64,000 nucleotides of DNA from contig OX597830.1 in the NCBI GenBank assembly GCA_951406725.2, positions 45,694,001 through 45,758,000 on the forward strand. The letters are read 5' to 3'. Below, piece after piece: positions 12,763 through 26,600 of the stretch (position 1 is the stretch's first letter; each line of letters starts with the position of its first letter). Source of the DNA: Octopus vulgaris. Lineage: Eukaryota. Both the position numbers and the translations under genes were made by a program. Under the pieces are notes generated by a model that saw only the letters and a program-made list of their open reading frames with translations, did not search any database and was not told the origin of the DNA.

Positions 12763-14654
12763 TTATTGATGTGAATTGAGTTTAGTTAAATTTGACTTGC
12801 TTTTGATAGTCAAATATATTTTAATTTATATTTATATAAATTAAATATATTTTTATTTATGGGCTTGAAATGATCTTTGAATAGAAGTGGCCAGCACCAA
12901 AAATATTCTATAAAGAAATAGCGAATAATTAAAGGTAAAATAAGATTGTATAGGTTTGAGTTAATATTTGAAATCTAACAACCACTGAGAGTTGAATGGG
13001 AAACAAAAGCCATATTTTCTTTAACCATAAATTTCATGGAATTCTATGATACAATAACAGAAAAATATTCTACTCTAGTACCAGCTATTTTCCTGAAACT
13101 GAATGTCCAATCAATGGAAACTCAATCTCCAGCAGGTTAACCAAAATACACCTCATTGCAATTGCTCTAACAGAAACAGGAACTTATTACAAGGAAAATG
13201 TCTTGCTAAGGAACTCTATAGTATATAACAGTTAATATCAACCATACCAAAAATAACAACAACAACAACAACAAAATGAAAACTATGAGCCTTGTAGAAT
13301 AGAATCCTATGAAATTTTAGTTCCCAAACAAAAGTTACATTCTAAACTGATGTCTTTTTACTAATATTTGGCATATAGGACTCTGAAATAATATAAACCC
13401 ATTAATTTCACAAAAAATACAATGCTCCTGACACACAGTATTAAATCTTATATACTGTTTGCTTTTATCAAATAAAAAATTGGATCAATTTCCTTCTTAT
13501 ATTTTATGAGTTATGTTCTTTGTATATATTTATTTGAATCCAGATTATTTCTATTCAAACAACTTTCATTATTATGTTATGTTTACATTTTTAGTTTTCA
13601 CATATATATTCTCTTTCTTTCTTTTTTTTAAAATTCACTCTTAAACTCATGTTATGCTTTTTCTCTATTAAACTCCCAATCCTTTGGAGGAAACGCAGTT
13701 AGGTCAGTAAAAAAAAAATCATTAAGATATAAGCATTGCATGTCTTTCAACGAAACATACTGATAGATAAATAATGATCATTGATGTCAATGTGAATGTA
13801 GTAGTTTTAATGAGTTGTTGACTGTCACCTGCCTAGGTAGATTGAATATAAGCAAGTTGATAAAATGCAGGTGTTTACATATATATTTACAAGATATTGA
13901 TCTATGAGCATTGATTTCCTGCCTGACAGTAGAATTTGTGTTTCAGGTAGTGTCAGTAAGTCGCAAGTTGCACAACTGCCTTTGGAAAAGCCATTTCAAG
14001 AAACATCATCCTTCAACAAGGCTCAACAATATCTACCCTTCTTTCATAAACCTTTCAGTGTAGGCAGAGAGCCAACACTGAAAACATTTCAGTGAATCAA
14101 TGTTTTCTTACAAGTCACTCCTACTTATTACTTCACTGGTGTGAACAAATGACAGTGGAGTCCCACTTCTGCTTCAAATCAAAGTTCCTTCATAGCAGTT
14201 ACACCAATATATTAACAGGTTACACCCCTCCAAACATTTCTCTCTTTCTAATATATTTAATTTCCAGGTTTCAACTTTAAATGACTTTTGCTTTTCAAAT
14301 AGAATTCATATAGCAAATCTCCTATACAATCCCAATTTGCATACAATATATGAGGTACAATTTATAGAATGTTTTGTTTCTTTGCCACTCCTAACTAAAG
14401 CCATTTCAACTCCATAAGTTAAAATTTCATTTACTATCACCATATAACAATAAAAAAAAGAAGTTAGATTTACTAAACTCACCTCTCCCCATCCACACAT
14501 TTCTTGAACTTTTTGTGCAAAACCTGCATTTTGCTAGCTGTTTCAATAAGCCAAGAGAGGTCACAGACATCACCTCGTATAAAATAGACTTAATTATAAC
14601 ACCAGTGTTGAGTCCTTTCCTCAGCTATTTTTGAAGTGCAAATACATTGCACCC

Positions 14655-14693
<39 letters not shown>

Positions 14694-17340
14694 ATATACA
14701 TGCCAGCCAGAGTCAAGACTTGAACTACTTGGAACCACAAACTGCAGATCATTCTTGTGAGCAACAGGAAACCCCACCAAACTTGCATCATATCTACAGT
14801 TACCTTGCATGTAAGAATAAAAGAAAGGCATCAAAGAACCATAGGATGTGGAACCTTGAACTTGCCATGTCTGTTTTCATCATAATGTGAACTGTGACAA
14901 GAAGGTGTGACATTGAAAGAAGGAAAGAATACAAAGGGTGGTCATACGCCATCACAAGTCAACACCAACAAACATAGGTATACATGTATACAATTGTATA
15001 TGTGTGTGTGTATACGCACAAGTTTACATATATGTACATACAATGGCATATGCATTTGAAATGATGAGGAAAACTATTTTTACCCAATGGCTGTATTTTT
15101 TAATAGAAAATATTACAAGTCATAAATGTGCAGGTGTCTCATCTGTGTATGAAACTTTTAGCAATGAATCTTTTAATATGTGTGTGTGTGTGTGTGTGTG
15201 TTATTTAATTTAAGCAATCTAAGCAGTGATGATTAAAATAATGTTGTATATATTTCCTACTGTTCATAGCTCCCTAAGCACTGTGATTCTTATATGCAAG
15301 CAGCAAATAATAAGTCTGCTGGTGTATGCAAAGCTTTGTTGAGCTGGAAATATTTTATTGAGGGCAAACTAAGCAACTATGATAAAAATCAAACTGTATA
15401 TTTAACATGCTTGTGAGGTTAAATGTGGGAAGACTTTCCATGTGGTGACTGCCTTCAGAGAATTTCTCTTGTGAGATGGTTACTGTAGCTCTCTCTATAT
15501 TTTAGTGTACATGAAAGTGTTAAATATAAATAATGTATACACACACACGCACACATACAAACATGTATGTATATATGTAACAAAAGATTTGCATATGTGT
15601 ATGTGTGAAATTAAATATTAAATTATTTTCTTACATTTGCATAGATGTATTTTTCTAAAACCACTGAAATCAAGTCTGTTACAGACTGAATCCTTATCAT
15701 CTGTCTTTCCCATTTAATCACATGATGCCTCCCACTGCAATCAGTTTTAAAACTGTTTTAAATTTTATTCTCTTGACATCTACACATCATCATTCAGCTG
15801 GGAAAGCACAAGTGAGAGAGAGAGAGTGTGTGTGTGTATGTGTGTGAGAGAGAGAGAGAGACAGAGACAGAGAGAAAGAAAGAATACATGCATCTCAATA
15901 AAATTATCAGTTGGTATATGAATGATCAACAGCAAAACTGTATAATATTTTATGCTTTATGCGAGCATAGAAAGCGGATGTTAAACGATGAGATGTACAA
16001 ACCTGCTATGTACTAATTTTGTCAAGATACCACTGGCTAGTACTCACATACAAGTGAAGCAACCAGCCCTGTGGTCCCTGAATACTTCCCTTCACCTGCT
16101 TAATTAGCTTTGTGTCATCTGTTACTGCACAAAATCTTGTTTGCATTTGCAACTAACATGATAATTGAGGTGCCAGTATCATTAAACTATGATAGAATAA
16201 TTGCAAGCATTGTCATATGAAACCATTGCATTAACAGCACTCTATTATTTAAAGAAAATGCACATACAATCACATACACATAAGGATATGTGCACAGATA
16301 CATGTCTATTGAATGTATGTACCATGTTTGTATATATGTGTATGTCACTTTCCATGTTTTCTCTATACATATATTTTCTATTTTTTATGTGTGTATGTGT
16401 TAGATATGTATGTGCTTCTTATCTCCGTATCTAAGCCTTGTGTTTGTGTGTGTATGTGTTTCATATTTTTTGGCGTTGCCCTTTCAAGGATGAAAGGAAA
16501 TATTTTTATTCTGTTGATAGAATAAGGAACAAAATTCTACTCTGGGGGTTCCAAGACACAGAAACACATTGAAAGATATTCAAGACAGAAGGTGAGATAT
16601 TTTTGTGGTGCAGTTAATAGTCTTTACAAAATTTAAGAAACAGCTAAAAAAACTCTGAACTTTAAAATTTTGTATAAATAAATAAATATATCTATTTTTA
16701 AAAATAATTATCTATAATTTAACCAGTTGTAATTTACAAACAGTGAACTCTGCCATCTTCCAGGAAACCTTCAGGCATAGCTAAAATTTCTGTTTTTTTG
16801 CTTCAGACAAATGAAACCTGCTTCGGATTTCTATGAAGCTAGAGCTATAAGTTATAGCTAGCGTTTATTTTTATAGGTTTTATTTATAAAAGTTATCAGA
16901 AAAGTTAACACCAAATACTGTGTTAATAGACTTGAGAGATCCTTGGTGCATAAATGCACACACATAGATCATAGCAGACAAAATTCATCTGCTACAATCT
17001 CTGTGTGTTCTTTTATGCAGCAAGTATCTTTAAGACCACATTAAGGCTAATAATGCAGTAATTGGTGTTGTAACAAAGGATCCATGTTTAGTTGGATATA
17101 AAGATTATCAGAAACGTTTTATATTAATTTAAGTGAATTAATTCTTTTGTTATGTGTTTCAGCCCTAAGGCTGCGGCCATGCTGGGGCAAAACATTTTCG
17201 TCATGTATTTAATTACAAATAGCCTGTACTGTATTTTGACCCCAGCAATAAACTGAATTAATTATTCAAATTTCAAATAACCATTACCATTTAAAATAGA
17301 CACTAGTTCACTGGTACATAAACTAATACTGAAAACATTC

Positions 17341-17557
17341 TTTTCTACTCTAGGCACAAGGCCTAAAATTTTTTTTGGGGGAGAAGCCAGTGAATTAGAT
17401 CGACCCCAGAATGCAACTGGTTCTTAATTAGTTGACGCCAAAAGGATGAAAGGCAAAGTTGACTTTGGTGGAATTTGAACTCAGAAAGTAAAGACAGACG
17501 AAGTACCACCAAGCATTTCGTCTGGCATGTTAATGTTTCTGCCAGCTCACCACCTTA
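17341..17557 (-). mobile_element. tRNA-derived SINE (family A)
   Basis: Minus strand reads gagctggcagaaac..gagttcaaattcc (A/B-box-like) then gcctttcatccttt core; related copies at 32455, 38597, 59474 and 63190. Confidence 0.85.
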
Positions 17558-17858
17558 CTAATACTGAAAATATTGATGGCTCAACGATTGATCTACTTCT
17601 ATCCGCCCACATTGTCTTCTTTTGCTTGCAACATCTATCACATTAAAGCTCTTTCTCTCTACAGACCTTTCCACATATTCATCTGCCTTGAACTCTCCTG
17701 CTGCCTGGCTTCCATCTTAAAGTTTTTCTTCTTCAACTATAGAGACATCAAGATTGTATAAAAACTTAATTCTCTATATTCATGCAGGTAAAACACATTA
17801 TATACAATAAAATATATTCTAATAAATAATATATACTCGCTCTCTCTCTCTCTCTGTA

Positions 17859-17890
<32 letters not shown>

Positions 17891-18069
17891 TAGAAGTAGG
17901 AAAGAAAACAGGATCACACTTTTAACAGGGAAATGCTTAGGCTAAATATGCAGAAAAGGTACTGGTAAGAATTCCTTAAATTATACCCAGTATAAATGAT
18001 GGTTGTCAAATGGTGTAGTGGAATCAAAGACAGGCTAATGGAGAAGATAGATTTTGTATACAGTAGATG

Positions 18070-18715
18070 TAGAGGGGGCAATAAATACTAAGAACACACC
18101 CAAAATAGTGCCTCTTGAAGCTGTTGATAACGTCTGTTACTTAGGTAATCTCATTAGCAGTGAAACTTCTCAAAGTAAAGTAAGTGGAAGAAGAATGGAT
18201 TAGTGAATATTCAGGGAGCCATTACCTCTTCTGGAGGCAACAGGTTTCTATCTCAGAATGAAAGGAAGACTGAGGCATGTATATGAAGTGTAATGCTGCA
18301 TGGTAGTAAGACAATGTGGGTCCTAAAATGCAGAGGATTGGTGAAGAGAAGAAATAAATAAGAAAGCATGCTCAGCGGATACGTAACATCAGTGTGGATG
18401 AAGGATGGTGTATAAACGAGCTAAGAGCTGATCTGTATATAGAAAAGGAATCAGATGTAGTGCACAAAGCAAAAGACTGTAGTGATATGAGCCTGCCATG
18501 GGTACGGAAGATGATAACTAGGGAAGTGTGATGTGCTCAATGTGGATGGAACCTATGAAAGAGGGAAACCACGGAGGACATCACATTAGCCAAAGATGCT
18601 TAGATTAATGTGACAAAAGACTGAAATGGTTGCTGATATACAATTCTGGAGATAACCTATCTGCTTGTGTTGTGAGCATGGTGAAATGGATATTAAAAAT
18701 AGTTATGACGATGGA
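18070..18715 (+). mobile_element. Old, decayed RTE LINE 3' fragment
   Basis: Colinear similarity with 22830-23400 (gttgata..ctgttac.ta.gt; ttcag.gagc..ttacctct.ctgg; atgct.catgg.agt.a.aca). Confidence 0.75.
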
Positions 18716-18829
18716 GGCATTTTAAACACACACACACACACACACATATAATAATTATCATATTCAAAATTGAATGACAATGCCAGATACACCACATTAC
18801 AAACAATGTTTTAAGTTAGTATACATAGT

Positions 18830-18977
18830 ATAGCCGAAGCCAGGAGCAGGCAAAGATGTGATTTCAGGTTTCAGTCCCACTGTGCAGCAGCTTGGGCAAG
18901 TATCTTCATCTATAACCCCACGTTAACCAATACCTTGAGAATGAATTTGATATAGGGAAACTGTGTGGAAACCCATC

Positions 18978-18980
<3 letters not shown>
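18830..18980 (+). mobile_element. tRNA-derived SINE (family B) ending in (TA)n
   Basis: ggtttcagtccca B-box-like, cttgggcaagt.tcttc core; an inverted relative lies at 20110-20250. Confidence 0.7.
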
Positions 18981-19018
<38 letters not shown>

Positions 19019-20109
19019 GAGAGAGAGAGAGATTTACAGCATGTTCTGGGCAAGTTCAGCCTATGAGGGATTTTTTGGTAACTCTAATTAAACTTCAAAT
19101 TCAGTTCCATCAAATATCATTAGAATTTTGCATCATGAATGAAGTCGTCTAACCTCAGGATTTATATTTTAGATGCCATTATCATGGACAACAGTAGTAT
19201 TTATCACACCAAACTTTCAATAATAACATGCTTAGCTTCCCTATTCTCACAGATTCAAAATTCTATATGTAAGTTTGGTGAAGTGAATATTTTTACCTAA
19301 TTCAAGTATTAAAGGGTAATAATTTCTCTTCAGTATGAGGGCTGGGGTTTTAAAAATCATTCTGAAAAGTAAAAGGAATGATTGTCTTGATGGTAAATTT
19401 TGTAATTGTGTGTATGTGTGTGTGAAAGAGAGAGAGAGAGAAAGAGAGAGAGATGAAAGAGGAAGTGACAGAAGAGAGAAACTGTGTGACAAATTTATTT
19501 TTAGTATTATTGAAAAAAGTTTCTGAAGACAACCACTGACTGATATATTTGTAACAAAATAACATTTAAATATCAAATAAATACAATATCATATAATAAC
19601 ATCCATATAAATGATTCGTATTCTTTTATATGGAAGAGAAAGTTTTGTAAAATATTATTATACAAAAACAGAAATGGCTGTCAATTTCCTTTCCAACAGT
19701 ATCAGCAATGAAAAGTTTACAAGGAGATAAGAAGACAAAATAAATGTGATAAAGTGTGTGATAAAGTTGTGAAATCTGGAGGACAAAAAAAAAAAAGAGT
19801 ATTTCATGGCAGCATAGAATGTGGTAAGCCAAAGACATTGATGAAAGTCTATTGCTTGGGCTATCAAGACAAAACTATTTCAATCCATCATCATTGTTTT
19901 TAATGTTCTCTTTTTCATTCTGGCATGGGTCAAATGGAAATCATTATGGCAGATACCCATCCCTTCATCACCTCCTCCCCGTTTCCAAGCTGGATGTGTC
20001 TTCACGGAAGGTGAGAAATGGAGGGACACTGCTTGTATGACTCTGATGCTTATTTACAACTTTGGTGCCATGTCAAGGCAAGGAGACCGACACAGACACA
20101 GAAACAAAC

Positions 20110-20250
20110 AGGTTTCTTCCCGTTTCTCTCTACTAAATATACTCCTGAGGCTTTGGTAGAAGATGCTTGCCCAAAGTGCCATGCAATGGGACTGAACCCA
20201 AAATCACACAATTGGGAAGTGGACTTCTTAACCACACAACCACACCTATA
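20110..20250 (-). mobile_element. tRNA-derived SINE (family B)
   Basis: Reverse complement reads ggtgtggttgtgtggttaagaag..gggttcagtccca..tttgggcaagcatcttctac. Confidence 0.75.
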
Positions 20251-20439
20251 ACAGTCATAGAGGCATTGAAATAATAGCCACTAAAATACAGCAAACCCTG
20301 ATTGTTAGCTATATCTTTCAGTTATATATCACAGAGAGTAGCTCAGAAGTATTAGCTTTCATTACACACACACACACCCACCAGATTAAACTTAAGTAAT
20401 TGATAAAGAGATGAGTAAGCATATTTCAATTTCCCAGTT

Positions 20440-20835
20440 TCAATGTCAGCCAAGCATACCTTTTGAGTGTTGCGCCTCACAGAGGCAAAGTAGCTGAGTT
20501 CCTTTCGAGTGTTGAGCCTTGTGGATGCAATGACCGAGACCCTTGGTAGCAAGTCATGCTTGAGAAGAAGACCCATCAAGCTGAGCGAAATCGCAGTCAT
20601 GGCAGATACCCATGTCATGTAAATGGCACCCATGCCAGTGGCACGTAAGAGCACCCCAGTGTCACGCAAATGGCACCCATTCTGGTGGCATGTAAAAGCA
20701 CTCTTGGAGTTATTGGCATTAGGAAGGGCATCCAGCCATGGACAAACCATGCCAAATCAGACTAGAGTCTGGTGCAGCCTTCCAGCATGCCAGCACAGAA
20801 ACAGACATTAAATGATGATAATGATGATGATGATG
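20440..20835 (+). mobile_element. RTE LINE 3' tail / derived non-autonomous element
   Basis: Shared block ttggcattaggaagggcatccagc..catgccagca..gacattaaa(tga)n; 5' part similar to 23345-23445. Confidence 0.85.
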
Positions 20836-21856
20836 AGGAATAAATACAAAAAGATAAAATAAAACTGAAAAGAACAAAATGTTTAGACATTTTCTAAATG
20901 TCTGATTTCTAAGTGTGATTTCTAAATGTCTGATTATCAACCTCCATATAGAAAACTGCTTTGTCTACACCAAAGAAAAAACACGTTCCATAACTGCCAT
21001 GCTCTAATAATGAAAGGATATTGAAAAAAATATAGTCTGCGAGAAATATTGGGAGGACTACACCAGAACAGCTGTATATACTTATTCATATGTTAGGAAA
21101 ACTAAAGAAAGCTGGTACAATTTAGGAGTGAATGAGTTTGGTTTCTATTGAAGATATACTGCGACATATTAAACAGAATGATCAGTGATTTGTAGAGAAC
21201 AGGGTCATTAGAAAAGAAATGTAGAAGTTTATAAAATCAAATATTCCAAAATATTAAATTCAATCTACAGTTTAATCTGTGATGTTTCAACAGTATTCTA
21301 TATATTATTTCAAAAAATTCACTAATCCTACAATTTAATATTTAACTAAATGCAACTTAAATACAGACCCCGAAAAACCAACATTTTCCTTTCGTGGGTT
21401 ACAATCAGTCGTGCAGTAGACAGGGGATAGAAATCTACTGATTAAATCACAACTACCTTATATTTAACTTTAAGATAAAACTCAAAGTTAACCTCCTCTA
21501 TGATTTTATTCAGATTGGACTTTTTTAAAAAACCATATATTTACAACATATAAATTCTGTTCACAGATCAGTTAAAAATAATTGCAGATGCCTGGTATGT
21601 ATGCTCTCATAGCTTCACAAACTTAAATAAGCAAAAAGAAAAAAGTGAAAAAAAACAAAAATCTTTAAATGAAAGTTTTATTTACCATGTACATAGCTAA
21701 CGAAAATATCTATAGCAATATGAGGTCAATGAATGATTCCAAGGGAAGATGTGCTTTAGTAAGAGAATTACTCAGGAGAAATAGAAATATTATTATTTCT
21801 AAACCTCTCAAAGAGAGACACTCAGTAAGGGTTCTTTAAAGTAAAGGCTATTTGCC

Positions 21857-23622
21857 AACATAATGTGACTGTCCTGGAAGGGACGATGTTACTGTTGTTT
21901 TAGCCCCTAGAAACATCGTTTCTAGCAGGCTATACAACACAATATCTGTGTCCGTATATTTTGATGCTTTAGATACAAATAAGTAAAAGTGACACTTTAG
22001 ATTCAAATAATTACAGAGGTTTCAAGTTGTTGGATCAGGTAATGAAGGTCATGGAGAGGGTCATAGCCCAACTAATTAGAGAGATAGTCAGTTTAGATGA
22101 GACACAGTTTGGATTCGTGCCAGGGAAAAGCACCACTGATGCTATATTTCTGGTAAGACAGCTGCAGGAGAAATACCTAGCCAAAAATAAACCTCTGTAC
22201 CTGGCTTTTGTTGACATGGAGAAAGCCGTTGACAGGGTCCCCCGATCCTTTATCAGATGGTCAATGAGGAAACTAGGGATAGATGAATGGATAGTGATAG
22301 CTGTGCAAGCCATGTACAGGGATGCTGTCAGTAAGGTGAGGGTTGGCAACGAGTACAGTGAAGAATTCCGGGTAGAGGTAGGGGTCCACCAAGGTTCAGT
22401 CCTCAGCCCCCTCCTATTTATCATAGTCCTCCAGGCAATAACAGAGGAATTCAAGACAGGATGCCCCTGGGAGCTCCTCTATGCAGATGACCTTGCTCTA
22501 ATTGCTGAGTCACTATCAGGACTATAGGAGAAGTTTCAGGTGTGGAAGCAAGGATTAGAATCGAAGGGCCTTAGAGTCAGCCTAACTAAAACCAAAGTCC
22601 TAATAAGTAGGAAGGCAGGCAAACCACAAACCCCTTCCGGTTGATGGCCCTGCTCGATCTGTAGAAAAAGCTATAAGATGTACCCAGTATAAGCTGTGGA
22701 CACATAAGAGGTGCAGCAATATCAAAGGAAGGCTAACTGGGAAGATAGTTTTTGTATGTGGCAGATGCTCAGGAGCAATAAACACTGAAAATGCGCAGAG
22801 AACAACTTCCGTCACATTCCAAGGAGAAAAACTAGAAGTAGTTGATAGCTTCTGTTACCTAAGTGACCAAATCAGTAGTGGTGGTGGGTGCTCTGAAAGT
22901 GTAGCTGCTAGAATAAGAATAGCCTTGGCAAAGTTCAGAGAGCTCTTACCTCTGCTGGTGACAAAGGGCCTCTCGCTCAGAGTAACAGATAGACTGTATG
23001 ACGCATGTGTACGAACAGCCATGCTACATGGCAGTGAAACATGGGCTGTGAATGCTTAGGACATGCGTAAGCTTGCAAGGAATGAAGCCAGTATCTCCAT
23101 TGGATGTGTAATGTCAGTGTGCATACTTGACAGAGTGTAAGTGCCTTGAGAGAAAAGTTGGACCTAAGAAGCATCAGATGTGGTGTGCAAGAGAGACGAC
23201 TGTGCTGGTATGGTCATGTGGTGTGAATGGATGAGGATAGCTGTGTGAAAAAGTGTCACAGCCTAGCAGCTGAGGGAATCTGTGGAAGTGAGGTAGACCC
23301 AGGAAGACCTGGGATGAGGTGGTGAAGCACGACCATTGAACATTAGGCCTCACCGAGGCAGTGACTTGCAACCAAGACCTTTGGAAATACGCTGTGCTTG
23401 AGAAGACCTGGCAAACCAAGTGAGACCATAACCTGTGGCCTATGCCAGTGGTGTAACCAGCCCACTTGGGCGTACCTTTCTTGTGCTGGATGGGAATGCT
23501 GAACTCCCTGTTGGAAAACATAAGGACACAGATATTGTGTCGTATAATCAATTAGAAACACGGTTTCCTGGGTTAAAACAGCAGTAGCATCGTCCCTTCC
23601 AGGACAGCCACATTATTATGTT
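21857..23622. mobile_element. Fold-back/MITE element with ~105-bp inverted arms (21857-21962, 23515-23622) enclosing an RTE LINE fragment
   Basis: Left arm atgtgactgtcctggaagggacgatgttactg..acacaatatctgtgtcc is the reverse complement of right arm ggacacagatattgtgt..cagtagcatcgtcccttccaggacagccacat; TA flanks both ends. Confidence 0.85.
21963..23470 (+). mobile_element. 5'-truncated RTE-clade LINE (reverse-transcriptase pseudogene)
   Basis: ORF 22027-22527 has QFGF.PGKSTTDAIF, LAFVDMEKA.DRVPR, GVHQGSVLSPLLF and LLYADD; the RT continues past stops/frameshifts through a Cys/His insert (CSIC..HKRC..CGRC) and FCYL..; ends in 3'UTR. Confidence 0.95.
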
Positions 23623-26600
23623 TATATTTTCTATTTTTTCCACCAGGACCATGACGAGTCTACAGCTGTTGTGTCTCTTAAAAAGAAGGCAATAAAACCA
23701 ACTGGAAGGTGCAGATAAAGGTAGAAGTCCACTTTTAATAATCTAACTGTGGGCTGTTCTTAGTGAACTTACCAAAATCCTTTCAAGTACATTACTAAAA
23801 TATTATGTAGTATATGTATACATGTTTCTATAAACCAACAAGTGAAACCTTTACATGGTAGCTAAACAACAAAGACCACTCATGAAGCTCATATTACTTT
23901 GAGACAGATATCTGGGCTTCCCAGGTATCACTGTTTTAAACAAAGGTTTATAATGTCAAAAAAAGAACAATTATAACTTTATATAAATATTCCACTCTAA
24001 CTTTTACCTCCTCCCCACCTCTCTCTTTCTCAATTTCTATCTCTTTTCCACAACATTTTTGAAAAGAATTAATAAAAAAAAAAAAAAGTTGTGCTTATAG
24101 GGGGAACTCAACCAAACAACAAAGATCCTTCAAGTATAAAGACATTTAGTCTTGAACCTGGGGTTTCTGCACCATAATTTGGTGGCACAATATAAGTCTG
24201 CTATTTCTACTAAGGAAATTCTCCTTAACTTTAGTTGGGAATCTTCTGTGACCACAAAACCCTCATCCAATCAGTACTTATGACTAGATGTGATGGTGGT
24301 GTAGTATTCCTAGAATGTTTAATCATGAAATCATTGTATATGCTTTATCAACTGATTTGGACTGTGATCATCCATTTTCCATGCTAACATGGAAAGTGGA
24401 GAATAAAATGATGATGATGATGATGGTGTGTTTGTGTGTGTTAAAATCATACAAACATATAGTTTGTGCATGTCTTTTTAAGAAAGCATCACCAACTGGC
24501 AATTCACCACCAAATCAAGGCTTAGATTTCAGGTCACTTCCACACCATGCTATTACAATTGTGTTTGTATATAGTTCTCAGTACTTTTCAGAATGTTTAT
24601 ATTTAATTTGTTCGTACGTAAGAGTGTGTGTATGTGCTTGTTTGTTTTAGGATCTGAACACTGTGTGTCTCAATTCCCCAGACATTCCCCCATTCAGTGT
24701 GAAGCTGACAATAGCAATGATCTGACTCGCTTACATATAATTAGAGCAAACTAGAAATTATCTTCATACTCTATTGATTGTAAGCTCTTTTCTTTAACAT
24801 ATGAAACTTGCTTCATCCCTATATGTGTATGTATTTATTACAATGGGATCAAATCTGGGGACCATAAGGTTGCAAAACAAAGTTAACCACTCGGGCATGC
24901 TTAAATGCACATTATGTAGGGTTCAGTTTTCAAGAGACTAATGTTTTAGAAGAGAAACGTGAGTTGATTGAGGGAATAAATGCATACACAGTAAAACTAA
25001 TGTTACAAAGGAAGAGTAAAAAAAATGAGTGATTGGGTAAACGCTACAGAAATTTAAAGGATATATAATGTAGAGAACTCAGAATGGAATACTGTATATT
25101 AACAAAGCAATAATGAACACAGTTATTCTGATAGGGAAACATAAAGGTTAAAAAGAACATGGTGAGTATTTTTTCAGAAAAATGGATATACAAGTATTTG
25201 ACAAAATAAAATTGTTACATGTTTGTTGGTATTGAGATAGGCATCAGGTAATTTGTGATATTAAATGTTATGTGATATTAAATGCGAAGAAGCAAATGAT
25301 TAGCAATTCAATGCAAATTGTAAATCAAGATGTTACCCTCAACCATAGAATTGCTTAATCTAATTCTTAAAGCTCTTACAGTAGAATTCAAAACCGGATT
25401 CTTCTCCGATAAAAATTATACAATTAAAGAAATGCAAAAGTTTGAATGCTGTGCAAATTATGAATGCTAAAAACCTTACTAAACGCCCAGACTCTTTAAA
25501 GCTGTCATGAGCAACAGTTTATGGCTTTGTTTATATTAGTGTTGAATATCATTTCATCTAAGGAACCAAAGTTTTCAGTAAACTGAGTGAAATGAGGGTC
25601 AGGTTTATTTTAGTTATTAAATTAATGATGGGGAAAGAGACAATAATGGATAATTATTGAATACACTGACAACACAAGAATCTGCATGCAACTTATCGTC
25701 ATGAATGGTAACTAGAGTCAAAATAGGGTGAGGAAAATCTAGAATGCAGAAAGACAATTTATACAAAGAGGGTGAATTAGAAAAGGTTAAAGTTATTTTT
25801 GTTATGTTATTTCCATTCTTATTGGAATGGAAATAAATCAAAAATGAAATGATAAGGTGGAAAAATAAAACCTTATAGATTCTAATATTCAACGTAAATT
25901 TAACAATATACTATATTGTCTCCAAGGGCAGGTGTGGGTCCATATTTGTGTGTTACTTTCTACTCAGGAAATTTTTTTACTTCTATTAAACCATAAAAAT
26001 GCATGAGGGAGTATAAACAATACTCTAAAACACACACACAAAATATCTAAATGTTAAGATGAAAAAACAATTTTTTTTTTTTTTTTTATTAAACATAACA
26101 AAAAGCTGAAAATTCAAATAAAATAGTATGAAATTATAGTATAATAAAGTATAGTATATTTTCAATGAAACAAGTTTTTTAATTAAATATTAATATGAGA
26201 AAAAGAACCTAAGCATAAATGTAATGTTGCAGATTTTTAGAACTAATACAAACCAAACTTTTTTAAAATCTTGTCAAACAAAACCAACACTTCAGTGATT
26301 ACTAATTTGATGTCTATTATATTAGTTATAAAGTAAACTTATCCATTAAAAGAAATGGGGAAAAAACATCTAGAATTGATGCCAGTTTTAAGCACAATAA
26401 GTATTACTGAAGTATGAATACTATAAAAACAAAATCTAAAATACTGATGTTTTGATTTGTGAGAAAGTATAGCCAAGCCATAGAAACAGAGCAAATATAG
26501 TCTATTGTCAGAGTTTATAATAGCCGTCAGGATAAATAAAATACCAAAAACAACCAACTTCAATTTAGGGGGAAATTTTAAAATGAGTTTATAAAAATAG

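Noticed and set aside
20890-20937. Short repeats tttctaa.tgt(c)tga x3, considered as CRISPR-like
   Set aside because: Tandem minisatellite without unique spacers; eukaryotic context and no cas genes
22035-22454. 139-aa minus-strand ORF
   Set aside because: Antisense frame of the LINE RT
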